Shown here: positions 18,067-31,904 of the stretch, piece after piece
Position numbering within the stretch: the stretch's first letter is position 1
Layout: the number at the start of each line of letters is the position of its first letter
Made by a program: the position numbers and the translations under genes
The notes under the pieces: generated by a model
Database searches by the model: none
What the model was told of the DNA's origin: nothing
Seen by the model: the letters and a program-made list of their open reading frames with translations, nothing else
Assembly (NCBI RefSeq): GCF_009914755.1
Contig: NC_060931.1
Source of the DNA: the human T2T-CHM13v2.0 reference genome, Homo sapiens
Direction: 5' to 3' (one strand)
DNA: 64,000 bases

Positions 18067-18344
18067 TTTGAGATGGAGTTTCACTCTTTTGCCCAGGCTG
18101 GAGTGAAGCCGCACAATCTCCGCTCACTATAACCTCCGCCTCCCAGGTTCAAGTGATTCTCCTGCTTCAGCTCCCCGAGTAGCTGGGATTACAGGCATGC
18201 ATCACCAGACCCGGCTAATTTTTGTTATTTTTAGTAGAGACAGGGTTTTACCGTGTTGGCCAGGCTGGTCTCGAACTCAGGTGATTCACCTGCCTCAGCC
18301 TCCCAAAGTGCTGGAATTACAGGCGTGAACCACCTTGCCCGGCC
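18028..18344 (-). mobile_element. AluS with (TTTA)n tail
   Basis: Full Alu; TSD starting 'aagaac'. Confidence 0.95.
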
Positions 18345-18697
18345 AAGAACATTTTTAATGCTTGTTTATATAAGAAGATATTTGGCTAGGCCTTTGATTT
18401 TTTGAAAGGAAGATCCTAAATATAAAGTGCATGACCTATTATATATTTCTGCAACACAGGAAATTAACATTTTATTTAGTAGGATAATACCTTCTGGTAA
18501 ACTACTGAGAAAAAATAAAATTTACTACATTCTAATTATAAAGAGTACTTTGCCATATCCCTTACCCTTCTCAATTCTGATATGGTCTCCTGGAGGTGAG
18601 ACAGGGTTTATTTGCTAATAGCCTGTTGAGCAATTCAGTTGTCTTACCATTGTCTCCTTTCCCTGCCTGATCTTTTTTCATTGAATGGCCATAATAA

Positions 18698-18995
<298 letters not shown>

Positions 18996-19094
18996 ATAAT
19001 AAATTTTTGAATGGCCATCCTAAATTTTAGGTGCCTCATTGGAGTACAGAGTTTTGCCATAGATTGTAAATTATTCTAGGGAGATATTTTTGAT

Positions 19095-19293
19095 GCTATT
19101 GACATTTAACCCAGATAATTCTTTGTCATGGGAGACTGTCCTGTGCATTGTAGGATGTTTAGCAGCGTTCCCAGCCTCACCCCAATAGATGCCAGTGGTA
19201 CCTCCTCGCCCAATTTGTGACAAATAAAAATGTCTTAAGATGACGTTGCTTGAATGTCCTCTGGAGGGCAAAATCTGCGGTTGAGAACCACTG
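19095..19293 (-). mobile_element. MER20 (hAT-Charlie)
   Basis: 'ctgtcctgtgcattgtaggatgtttagcagc...gatgccagtgg...gttgagaaccactg'. Confidence 0.92.
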
Positions 19294-19623
19294 CTCTAGG
19301 GCAAGAAGGTCTTTTGTGTTTGTATTCTCTCATTTCCCATACATATGTCTCCTCAATTGTGTTATTATGTATAAGAACCCAGTAATTTTTACTTAATTGA
19401 AATAGTAACTTTATTTTAAGGCCTGATTATCTTGTATTGAAATGGTAATTTTTATGTTATAGCCTGTATGTATCAACAAATATGTAAAAACCTGGAGAGG
19501 AAATATTGTATAATCCATGTATAGTATAAATAAGAGTTAGCTTTAGGTATCTGTTGGATCGATTTTAAATACTATCCTTAGTATTCCATATGTGGCTGTT
19601 ACAAAGTTATAGAAACGAAGCTT

Positions 19624-19930
19624 TGTCAGGCGTGGTGGCTCACGCCTGTAATACCAGCACTTTGGGAGGCCGAGGCGGGCGGATCACCTGAGGTCAGGAG
19701 CTCGAGACCAACCTGATCAACATGGTGAAACCCTGTCTCTACTAAAAATACAAAAATTAGCTGGGCGTGGTGGTGCATGCCTGTAATCCCAGCTACTCAG
19801 AAGGCTGAGGCATGAGAATTACTTGAACCTGGGAGGTGGAGGTTGCAGTGAGCTGAGATTATGCCATTGCGCTTCAGCCTGGGGGATAGAGTGAGACTCC
19901 ATCTCAAATAAATAAACAAACACACAAACA
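19624..19930 (+). mobile_element. AluSx/Sq
   Basis: Full Alu; TSD aaac(g/c)aagctt. Confidence 0.95.
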
Positions 19931-20276
19931 AACCAAGCTTCAGTTTTTTCTCCTGTAAAATTGAAATAATGTCTATTTTATGGTTTTATGGTAAGAAACA
20001 AATTACATGATAAATATGGTCAGCTAAGCTCAGCTGAGAATCAGATGCCTTTGGTGGGTTGTAGTTTGATGGTACTCTTCTACTCCATTTTAACATTTCT
20101 GTTATCTGATTCATAAAAGGGGTTTTTAGGGGGAAACACCTACTTGAAATCTCCCTACAATCGGCATACAGATATATATGAAGCTTTAAAATGCATTAGA
20201 GAGACTCCTTATAGATTTATCTCTATTTGCCAAGAGGAACAATGGATGAAGGAATCAGCCTTATTGTGGGATTCTG

Positions 20277-20630
20277 TTTTAGTTAAAGAGTAGGCTAAGT
20301 TGCAGTAACAAATCCACACTTTAATGGCTCAGTTCAGTAAAGTTTATTTCCTACTCACATGATAGTCCTTACTGCTTCAGGTTTGTTGGACATTCTTTCA
20401 GGAACATGAAGCTCCTTCTGTCTAATGGGATCACCATGTACGTTGTAAGCTTCACTGTTGTCCTCTGGTAGAAGAGGTAAACGTGTAAAAGGAGTACCAC
20501 TGCTTTCCTAAAAGCAGTGGTCTGGAAGTGGGATATTTAAATTCTGCTCATATTCTATTTGTTCTTATTTGGTGAGAACTTGGTATCATGGTCACACCTA
20601 CCCCATTGAAGAATGGGAGAGAGTGGAGTT
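20277..20630. mobile_element. Old MaLR LTR (MLT1J/K-like)
   Basis: 'taggctaagttgcagtaacaaat...aaagtttatttcctactcacat' and 'ttctgctcatattctatt...catggtcacacct'. Confidence 0.6.
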
Positions 20631-20631
20631 T

Positions 20632-21157
20632 TGGGTATATACCCAAAGGATTATAAATCATGCTACTATAAAGACACATGCACACGTATGTTTATTTTGG
20701 CACTATTCACAATAGCAGAGACTTGGAACCAACCCAAATGTCCATCAGTGATAGACTGGATTAAGAAAATGTGGCACCTGTACACCATGGAATACTATGC
20801 AGCCGTAAAAAAGGTTGAGTTCATGTCCTTTGTAGGGACATGGATGAAGCTGGAAACCATCATTCTCAGCAAACTATCGCAAGGACAGAAAACCAAACAC
20901 CGCATGTTCTCACTCATAGGTGGGAATTGAACAATGAAAACACTTGGACACAGGAAGGGGAACATCACACACCGGGGCCTGTCATGGGGTCGGGGAAGGG
21001 GGGAGGGATAGCATTAGAAGATATACCTAATGTAAATAAGGAGTTAATGGGTGCAGCACACCATCATGGCACATGGATACATATGTAACAAACCTGCACG
21101 TTGTGCACATGTACACTAGAACTTAAAGTATAATGAAGAAAATATATATTAAAAAAA
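20632..21157 (+). mobile_element. 5'-truncated L1PA4/PA5-like 3' end
   Basis: Intact ORF2 C-terminus ([21 protein letters not shown]...HRMFSLIGGN*), L1PA 3'UTR and A tail. Confidence 0.95.
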
Positions 21158-21943
21158 GACTCTTGCTTTAAAGAAAGAGGTTGCTGCCTACTCTCTTGAC
21201 AGGGATGATAGCATTGTTCTCTAGCATCCAGGTGTGCTGGGATTCTTAACGTCTTCGCCATCAAGATGTGGCGGTTTCCTAATGCTACCAGTGGCTAGGT
21301 AGTAGGGAAGTTTTGAGTTCCAGCTTTGATTAGCACTTCTCTAGACCCATCAGAGATGCATCCTGATGACTTGTAATGAAATGTAGAGGTCAGGAGTAAT
21401 CACTGGACCCTTACAAGTGCTCCTTTGGATTTTCAAGAATACTGGGAGTTGTACAATTCTGCCAGAACTTGTGCTTCAGCAGTTTGAGCAGTTAGGGCTT
21501 AATGTTGTTAGCCAAGCAACTAGGAGCTTGGAATTATTGACAGCCAGTTGAAATGAAAGGAATAAATATATATTCATAGAGTGATGAAGTGAATTCTGGT
21601 TACTTGGCTGTAAAGAGGCAGGAATAGTGCACACAGCATATCCAGCCAGGTAAAGAGGAGGACAGGGGCAGAATGGCTTAGCAGGAAAGTAGTGTTCCTT
21701 GCCACATAGGGAAAATAGTTCCTCAGGTTTTGTAGGCTTGAGCAGCAGCAAATATTTGATTATAATAAAAATGGAACTTAGTATTAAATTATTTAATGAA
21801 TGATGTGTTCTATTAAGAGCCTTTCCATGCTAGAGATCTTAGCATTTCTGGTACTGTATGTACTATTCAGAGGGTACAAACTATTCACAGTTCCAGAAAT
21901 GTTAATATCAAAGAGCATTTGCCTATATATTAAATTTCATACT

Positions 21944-22263
21944 GGCTGGATGCTGTGGCTTACGCCTGTAATCCCAGCACTTTAGGGGGCTGAGGCAGGA
22001 GGATCACTTGAGCTTAGGAGTTTGAGGCCAGCCTGAGCAACACAGTGAGACACTGTCTCTACAAATAATGATAATAATAATAATAAAAATAGCTGGGCAT
22101 GGTGGCACACACCTGTAGTCCTAGCTGCTCTGGAGGCTGAGGTGGAAGGATTGCTTGAGTCCGGGAGGTCAGGGCTGCCATGAGCTGTGATTGTGCCACT
22201 GCACTCCAGCCTGGGTAACAGAGTGAGACTCTAGACCCATCAGAGATGGCAAGAAAAAAAAAA
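21944..22263 (+). mobile_element. AluJ with a foreign 20-bp insert before the tail
   Basis: J-type 'ggcaggaggatcacttgagcttagg', 'agggctgccatgagctgtg'. Confidence 0.92.
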
Positions 22264-23479
22264 TAGCTTCCTTTAAATGCAGTCTGATTTCGGAACTTCT
22301 ATTTTTCTTTACAAGTTTGATAATTATCTCTGCTTTTAAATTAAAGGAAATTCATTCTTTAAATTTTACTTGGTCTTTTTGGTTTCTGTTACTGAATTCT
22401 ACTCACAATGAATTTAGTCGAAGTCTGTGTTTCTAGCGTAGTTACTCAATATTGAAAATGTATGTTAGCAAGATGGAGTAGTCCCTTATGTGGTTAGTAG
22501 GCCTTCAGGCAGTTTTTTTCCTTTTTGCCTTCACCTTTAGTTTACCCCAAAATATATAATCAAAATATATAATTTTAAAAAATTCTATATACTACTGTTT
22601 TTGAAAATTATAACTATTTGAACCAGGTACTATTGCTATAACAGATAATATTTTAAAATTTAAAGATAAACAGGAGGCTGTGTTAGGGGAGCAGTATTCT
22701 TATATTGATGTTCTGCATTTAGTTGCAGATGTTACTGTTCATAAAGATATACAAGTACCACTGATGTTGGTATTGCACGTAGAAAGTAGGTAAAAATGAT
22801 AAATTGGAGTCTGCCTGACAGAATGCAGTCTGAGAGAAAACTTTTCTCTTTCAATATAATCTCTTTACATTTGGCCTAAGTTTAAGGTAACAGTGTTGCC
22901 TTTCAGAATTCAGCCTTTCTTTAAAGATATTTTTCATATCAGCATATTACATCCAAAATACCTCATGCTCAATATTATGTTATATTTAAAATGAGAATCA
23001 TGCAAACATTAATATCTGAATTAAACATACCAAAATTAATTTTATTCTTTCAAATATGGAATTACAATAGAGCTTTCTTTCACAAGGTTGATTTTTAGAT
23101 TATCTTACAGTAAAAGCATCTGAAAAATTTTGGCTTACTTAGTCTTTCTCGGAGTTTCTTTTTATAAGGGAATCTTGGCAGACTGTGCTCTGTTCTATGA
23201 GCTACTGATTGTAGGGGGAAATAATGATGCTATTTACTTTTGTGATTTTCTTCAAACTGAACAATCAAGTTAAAACCTAAGATAATGTTTCAAAAGTAAT
23301 CACTATATATGTGGTCTTATCCTTTTATCCTTATTTTCTCTGTAAGTGATTCCTTTTCTGCTCTTCTGATTTCTTAATATTTTTCACTTTCTTCAGTTAA
23401 AATTTATTAATCACACATTTACTACTAATCAGGAATTATGAAGACTGGAATTTAAAAACTACTCTACTGGAGAGAACAA

Positions 23480-24480
23480 CTTTCAGTTGAAATTCTTCAT
23501 GGTTGGGTGACTAAAGATTCCAAAAGAGAGTGGTTTGGATGAATCAGCACTGGCTTGGAAAGGGAGCTCTTGAAATCTGCTCCACATTTCTTATGAATGA
23601 CTTAGATGAAGGTACACAAAATAAATTTTTAGGGCATGAAAAGTTGAAAGGAATAGCTAATATATTGAGTAGAGAAATAGGAATTTAACATTATCACAGT
23701 GGACTGATGTGCTATGTCATGGCAAATAATATGTTATTTAATGTGAATAAATATATATGTCTGCATTAATGATATATAAAATATTCACTTAATTTCGAGG
23801 AAACAGTGCAGAAAGGTTTTAGTTGACTGCATGTTTTATATGAGCCAACAATATGATAAAGCTGGTAAAACTGTCAAAATAATAATGGACTATAGCAGTT
23901 AATAGTTTCTAAATAGTTTCCAAGAGGCCCCTGGTATTAGTCAGTTCTTGCACTGCTGTAAAGAAATACCTGAGACTGAGTAATTTATAAAGAAAAGAGG
24001 TTTAATTGGCTCATGGTTCTACAGGCCGTACAGGAAGCATAGCGGCCTCTGCTTCTGGGGAGACCTCAGGAAACTTACTGAGGTCATGGCGGAAGGTAAA
24101 GAGGAAGCAGGCTCGACTTACATGGGCAGAATAGGAGGAACAGGGAGGGGAGGTGCTACACACTTTTAAACAACCACATACCCTGAGAACTCTATTATGA
24201 GAACAGCACTAGGGGAATAGTGCTAAACCATTCATGAGAAATCACCCCCATGATCCAATCACCTCCCACCAGGCCCCACCTCCAACATGGGGGATTACAA
24301 TTTCACATGATGTTTGGGCAGGGACACAGATCCAAACCATATCAAACCTGTACTCTGTTGTCTGCTCTTTAGGATACCTTTGGAGTATTTGTTTCATTCT
24401 ACACTTTATATATTAAGGAATAATTGGATATCCGTAAGATGAACAAGATCATGCTTTTAGGAAGAGATACTTTATTTGGA
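23480..24480 (+). mobile_element. L3/CR1 LINE relic interrupted by MSTA
   Basis: 'aatgacttagatgaagg...aagttgaaaggaatagctaat' and 'atatgagccaacaatatgat' resemble the CR1 ORF2 3' region. Confidence 0.55.
23933..24344 (-). mobile_element. MSTA solo LTR (ERVL-MaLR)
   Basis: 'gtattagtcagttcttgcactgctgtaaagaaatacctgagactg...gacacagatccaaaccatatca'. Confidence 0.92.
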
Positions 24481-25679
24481 GGGAATGCATGAGAAGTCTA
24501 GAGAAGGACTTCTCAATTCTAGGGAACCTGATCTGGAGAAAAGATTTCTGACAATGAGCATAAAATTATTCCACCTTCTTATAAAAGGCAGGACTAGGAT
24601 CACTGAGTATATAGAAATTTTAGGGAAGTAGATTACATTAATATGTAATGATGTGAAAAGTTGGAATCACTCAATATGGATTGATTGGGCTGCCTTCACA
24701 AAGTGAGTCCTTTCCCTGTCAAGCTAAATGGCAATTTGTCTAGATTATTATTGTAAAGAGGGGATTAATTTACTAGCGGGATGGGATGACTTCTCTGGCC
24801 CCTTCCATTTTTTTTGTATATGTAGTAGGTTTTATTGAAGAGTTGGGAAGTTTTTGTTTTTGTTGTGGACCCCTTTGAATTCACATTATTCCTCAAAGTA
24901 TGAATTGGGAAAGAGGTTGGTGTTGGAATTGTAACAGGCTTCATGATACATGCAGACTCACTACCCATGCCACTTGACCATTTTTAATCTTGTGAGCCTT
25001 TGTCATTTTCACTGCATAAGAAATTAACCAACTGATGGTTTTATTTGAAGGATAGGGGTTTACCGATGGGGCAGTCTCATTGTTTTACTGATATATATAT
25101 GGGAATATAATTCCTAGACATTCATAACCTTAATTCAGTATGGTAAAGTTTAGTCAATTTTTAATTACTGTATATTCTTCCCATCCATTTACACAGTTCA
25201 GTGGTTTCCTTCCTTCATTCATATTCCTTAAATAGTTTTTGTTCCACGGACTATCATTTTTTATTATATAGTTTCTCTGTCCCTGCTGATTGCATTAGTC
25301 TAGTACTAGCAAACAGAGGGTTATCCAAATGTTTAAGAACTAAACCAGAGTAAGATGATATACAAGTAATAGATACTTTTCTGCAAATTTCACCAAATCT
25401 TTTCTGTGTAGTCATTGAAGAGACTCCTACCTGACTGCTGTTGTAGTGGGACAGATTTTGATCCCCAGTTTAGTAACATATACTTTTTTCGTTCATTTGG
25501 AAATAATTAGTGCTTGTGCTTATTAATTAAGAAATTATTTAGTTTGGTTTGCTACCAGTGCAAAAAGAAATTTTTCAGTTCACATTTAAAAGGTAGAAGT
25601 GATTTAAAAATTATTAATATTGCAGCCCTTCTCAAATCTTTCACTTGATCAACAAGTTTTTAGCATTTTCTCTTTACTT

Positions 25680-27051
25680 TTCTAACTTTTTGTTTTGAAA
25701 TAATTTCAGATTTAAAGAAAGATTGTAGAAAGAATTACAGATAATTCTCATGTACTCATAACCCAGATTTCCTAAATGAAAAATGGAAACATTTTATCAT
25801 AGTTGTTTTCTCTGCCTTCTTCTTTTTTCTTTTTGAACTATTTGAGATAAAGTTACAGTCATGATTATGTTTTTATCCCCAAATACTCAAGTATGCATTT
25901 CCTAAAATCAGGAACATGGTCTAAAACAACCATAATGCATTGATCAAAGTCAGAAACTTAACATTGATACAGTACTTTTATTTATTTAATCTGTATCCTT
26001 TATTCAAATTAGACCCGTTGGCCCAGTAATGTCCTTTATGGGAAAACAAAAGAAGTCTGATTTAGAATCTGATCTAGGCTCAGACATTAATTACATTTAG
26101 ACATCATGTCTCCCTTAATTTGGAAGAGTTCCTTATTTTTTCTTCGTCTTTTATGATACTGACATATTTTGAAATGTGTAGGCCAGTTAATTGATAAAAT
26201 ATTCATAAGCTTGGGTTTATCTGCTCTTTCCTCATGATTAGCTTTCAATTTATGCAGTCTTGGCAGGAATACTGTGGAAGTGTTTTTGTTTTCTTTTCAG
26301 TGCATCAGATCTGGAGACACATTATAAAGATTTGTCCAATTATTGATTATATTAACTTTGATCATTTTGTTAAGGTGGTTTCTCCACTTTGCCAGTTTGT
26401 CCCCTATGAAGTTATTATTTTATCCTTTAATAAATATCTTGTGTGAAAATACTTTGAGACTTTGTAAATATCTATTTCTCATCAAAGTTAAATGCTCTAG
26501 TTTTAGCACCTGTTGATTCTTGCATGACTGAAGCACTACTGCTTTAAAAAAAGCATTACTATGATAGTTGTAAAATGATTTTTCTCATCCTGTCACTTCC
26601 GTATTTACTAATTGTCATTGTACTGTAAGGAAGAAGTTTCCTTTCTCATTTGCTTACTGACTTATTTATTTATATTAGCATGAACTCATGGATTCTTATC
26701 TTAATCTATGAGTTAAAATCCATTACTGTGGTTTAGTGTTTTGCTCGAATTATCCCAGATTTGGCCTATTGGAACCTTTTCTGGATGGTTTCTGTTTCCT
26801 GTTGAAAAATCTCCATGATTCCTTGAATTCTTCTTTATTCTGTGGCACAAAAAGATATTCTAGACTCATTGTATACGGATCTCTTCCTGTCTAGGAATAA
26901 TCCATTTTTCCAAGGAGCTATAGTTTCTTTTATTTGAATATAATTTTTAGAAACCAGGACCTGGGCACTTCATGTGAAAATTTATAATGGATTATCATTG
27001 CTTCTAGTTGCTCTTAGTGGGCAAACATAAAATATATATGTACACACACGA

Positions 27052-27082
<31 letters not shown>

Positions 27083-27180
27083 TACACACACACATACATA
27101 TACATATATATCTGTTTCTGTGTTGATCTATCTATATTTAAAAATCTACAGTGTGTAATGCTATTTATCATTGCCACAAC
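25680..27180 (-). mobile_element. L1MC4/MC5-type 3'UTR
   Basis: 'ttttgaaataatttcagatttaaagaaagattgta...acccagatttcc' and further L1MC 3'UTR motifs. Confidence 0.7.
27031..27111. repeat. (TA)n/(CA)n compound microsatellite
   Basis: Seen directly. Confidence 0.9.
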
Positions 27181-27579
27181 TTAATGTCTACACAGAATGA
27201 TAGGAAGCTTTATCAAATATGTCTTTATTTTGCTTTCATTTGTAAGGATTATTTTCACTGGATATAGAATTCTGAATGAAATCTCACTAGATAGGCTTAA
27301 TAATAGAATGGATGTAACAGAGGAAAGTGTCAGTGAACTAGAAGATAGATCATTAGAAATTATTGTGTCTGAAAAGTAGAGATAAAAGATTGAGAAAAAA
27401 TGAACAGAGTTTCATGGACCTGCTGAATAATATCAAAATTTATGATGTTAATATAATTAGACTCTTAGAGAAGAGAGACTGACAAGGAAAATATGTTTGA
27501 AGAAATAATGGGTGAAAAGTCTTGTAAATGAAGAGAAAGTCACATTTAATGATTCAAGAAGGTCAGTGAACACCAGTTA

Positions 27580-27902
<323 letters not shown>

Positions 27903-28659
27903 AAAGAAAATCTTGCCTAGATAGATTGTAATCAAGCTGCTGAAACCACAGATGAAAACAAAGTCTTAAAACAGAGAAAAATTACTTATCATATACAATG
28001 GAATAATGACTTAAATGACCACAGATTTCTCATTGGAAATCATGGGGGCTAGAGACAGATAGATGAAGAAAAAAAAGTTATCAATATCAGGAATGAAAAG
28101 GGGGATATATAATAGTACTACAGACATTAAAAGGATAATTAGAGAATACAGCAACAGTCTTATGCCACACATTTGACAATGAGATGAAATAAATAAATGT
28201 TTTGAAAATTTCAAAAATTGCCAAAACCGGATAAAAACATTGAAAAGCTGGTAATTATAGACAAAAATCTATCATGAATGTAAATGCAAGAATCTTAACA
28301 GAATATTAGTAAATCAAATGTAATAATATATAAAAGGATAATACATGCCTAAGTAGAAGGTATCCTAAGAATACAAGGTTTATTTAACATCCTAAAGTCA
28401 ATCAGTGTAATTAAAAAAAGAAATGAATCTCATTATTATTTTGGTAGATGCATTTAAGGCCTGTGACAATAATCCATTTATTAAAGAAAAATTAGGAAAT
28501 TCTTCAAACTCTGCACACCTAGGAAGAATCTGTAACTCATATTTAATGGTGAAAGACAGAATCTTATTCCCCTGAGAATAAGAACAAGACAAGGATGCCT
28601 ACTTTCGTCCACTTCATTCAGCATTGTAATGGAGGTCCCAGCCATTGTAATAAGGTATG

Positions 28660-29087
28660 TGTTATGGATTGAATCGTGTACCTCAAGAAGTTATGTTGAA
28701 GTCCTAACCTCTGGTACCTTTCAATGTATTCTTATCTGGAAATAGGGTCTTTGCAATGTAATCAAGTTAAAATGAGGCCATGCTGATTTAGGGTGGGTCC
28801 TAATCCAATATGACTGGTGTCCTTATTAGAAGAGAAGAGACGCAGTGGGAAGACAGCCATATGAAGATGGAGACAGATACTGGAATTATATTCCCTCAAG
28901 CCAAGGAACTTCTAGGACAACCAGAAGCTAGAAGAGGGAAGGAAGAATTTTTTCCTAGAGGCTTTGGAGGGAGCATGGCCCAGTAACACCTTAATTTTGG
29001 ATTTCTAGCCTCTAGAACTGCAAGATAATAAATTTTTGTTGTTTTAAACCAAGCAGTTTGTGGTACTCTCTGGGAAACTGAAATATA
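28660..29087 (+). mobile_element. MLT1C solo LTR
   Basis: 'tgttatggattgaatcgtgt...gaaatagggtctttgca...agggtgggtcctaatccaatatgactggtgtcc...aataaatttttgttgttttaa'. Confidence 0.85.
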
Positions 29088-29653
29088 GCAAGTAAAAGAA
29101 ATGAAAGGAATAAAGATGGGGAAATGAGAAATAATACTGTTACTGTTTACAGATGTTATGATTATTACATGAAAATATTTTAGGAACCCTATAAAACAAC
29201 TACTAGAACTAGTAAGTGAATCTTCATAATTGCAAACTACAAGGTTAATATACTAAAATTGGTGCATTCATTTATCCTAACAGCGTACTGTTGGAAAATG
29301 AATTTTAAAAGAATCCCGTTTATAATAGCACCAAAAATCATAAAATACTTAGGTATAAACAAAACAAAGATGTCTAAGACCCCTACACTGAAAAATACAA
29401 AATGTTGCCAATAGAATAGGAGGGTAGAAACTGAGAAGCTGATTATAAAAACTATGTGGAAGTTAAAAAGGACCTGGAATAACCAAAGAAGTTTAAAAAA
29501 AAGAAGGTTGGAGGACTTATCCTACCTGATTTGAAGAACTAATATAAGGCTACAATAATCAACACATTTTGGTATGATGAAATTATACACGATAGAGAAT
29601 CTAAAAGTAGGCCCACACATATATGATCAATTGATTTTTTTAATAGATGTACC

Positions 29654-30771
29654 TGTTCTAAGACAAATTCTTGTGGTTCTCTGACATTTCTACACATCTT
29701 TTGAGCAAGATGCATTGGCATGTTTGTTCTAGACTATCTTTCCAAAGACATTTGTATAGTAAACTTGCTTGGGAGATTGAGATAGTGCCTTTCTCTGGGA
29801 GAAGAGTCTGGATTTGTTTTCTTTTATTTTTAACCATGCAACAATAGCTTATTATGTATGGGTTTTAAAGGTTTCAAAAATTATTTCCTGAATCTCTCCA
29901 TACACAGGCAAAAATAAATGTGCTATTTAACATATTGGAATGTGCAAACTTAATCATTGCCTAGAGAAGGGAAAATTATCCCCAAAACATGCTTAACCAG
30001 GAGGCTGATTCATCTGCTGACTCCAAGAACATGAAGATGAACATGATAGACAGACTGTCCACCATCTGAATGTTCATTCACCACCCATTCATTCAGTAAC
30101 CCTTACTCAGGCCCAGATGAGCAGCACATTTCTTGCCAACAATCATTAAATGTCCAAGAAGGCTCTCGTTATCATCTTCTGCAGCAGAAATCTGGGATAT
30201 GTTTCTTGTGTATCACTAGAAAATGTGTTGGAAGAGGCCAAGATGGCAGATGACATCACTAAGGCTCATGTCGTTTGGCCTGGTGACAACACAATCTTTG
30301 GGAATATTTTCCACAAAGAAATCCCAGCTAAAATCACTTTTAAGTATGACTAGTATCTTGCTTTCCATGACATTTTCCCTCAAGCGCTAACAGGAGGGAG
30401 GAACTGGATTTGTTTTCTGACCACGATAGTAAGCATAATGTCTTCAACTTAGGCAAAGCCTGGGTAGGGTTGCTAGCAGCCACTGTGTAAGAGTGAGGGT
30501 TTGCTAAGTTTATGGTTCCTCAGTTGTGACACTGACCCGCTGTGTGCCAGCCTTCATCTGACCTTGCTTCTGCATTTCCCTGTGGGCGTTGGTGGTTAAG
30601 GAGGACCAATGCAAACATGAAGCTCTTACTGCCTGACGTGCTGAGAGTAATAAGGTGCTTTGTCTCTGATTCAGGTGTCTTGGGTCTTCTGCTGGCATGA
30701 GGGAAGCCATTGCGGGCTAACTTGTAGCTTGCAAGTAGGGTAAAATCTCAGACCCTTCATGGTTCTTGACA
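29654..30771 (+). mobile_element. LTR40 (ERVL) solo LTR, interrupted by the HINT1 retrocopy
   Basis: Begins TGTT; ends 'gcttgcaagtagggtaaaatctcagacccttcatggttcttgaca'; 5-bp TSD gtacc/ttacc. Confidence 0.85.
29822..30403 (-). pseudogene. HINT1: Processed HINT1 pseudogene with 5' inversion (3' part on -, 29822-30231; 5' part on +, 30232-30392)
   Basis: The + segment from ATG 30243 reads [49 protein letters not shown] (HINT1: [50 protein letters not shown]). The - segment continues PTHFLVI...[14 protein letters not shown]...[16 protein letters not shown]...PPG* (stop 29993-29995), then 3'UTR and A tail. No introns, frameshifted, 15-bp TSD ctggatttgttttct at 29808-29822 and 30404-30418. The symbol is the parent gene. 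Confidence 0.96.
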
Positions 30772-30933
30772 TTACCAAGGTAATTAAAAGGGAAAAGGAA
30801 AATCTTTTCAGAAATGGCACCATATTAACTGGATATCCATCTGGAAAACAATTAACATTAACTCTTAACTTCATACCAGACATAAAAATTTGATTGGATC
30901 ATAGACCAACATGTAAAACTTAAAACCATACTA

Positions 30934-31240
<307 letters not shown>

Positions 31241-31870
31241 GTAACATATAACTTAAAATCTTCACCGTTGGGGCATGACACAGTAAGGTCACATCACAAA
31301 AAAGCAAGAATTGAAGAAAACATTTCCAAAACATATATCAGACAAAGGACTTGTGTCCAGAATATATAAAGTACTCTTTCCATTTAATAATAACAGGACA
31401 ATCCAATTTTAAAATAGTGGGCAAAATTTTTGAACTAATACTTGATAAAAGAAAATACATGAATAATCGATAAACCATAAAAAGATGATTAGCATAGGTT
31501 GTTATCAGAGAAGTGCAAAGTAAAATCACAATTTTATCTTACTCTACATCCATTAGGATGGCAAGCATGTGGAACAACTGGAAATTATATATATCGCTGA
31601 AGTAAATGTAAAACAGTAAACAGTTTGGCAATTGCTTGAAGCATTAAACATCCCCCCTCGCCCAAACCAGCCATTCCACTCCTAGTTATTTATACAAGAG
31701 AAATGAAAACATGTGCCCATACAGAAATTTGTACATGAATGTTGATAGCAGTTTCATTTGCAATAGCCAAAACTGGAAACAACCCAATATCCATCAACAG
31801 GTGAATGGAGAAACAAACTGTATCATACCCAAACAGTGGACTCAGCAGTCAAAAGGAACAAATGGCTATA

Positions 31871-31904
31871 TCATTATCATCATCATCATCATCATCATCA
31901 TCAT
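31871..31904. repeat. (ATC)n microsatellite
   Basis: Seen directly. Confidence 0.95.

Noticed and set aside
30150-30353. 67-aa ORF as a functional HINT-like protein
   Set aside because: It is a chimera of antisense 3' half and sense 5' half, stops at HINT1 codon 37 and lacks the HIT motif.
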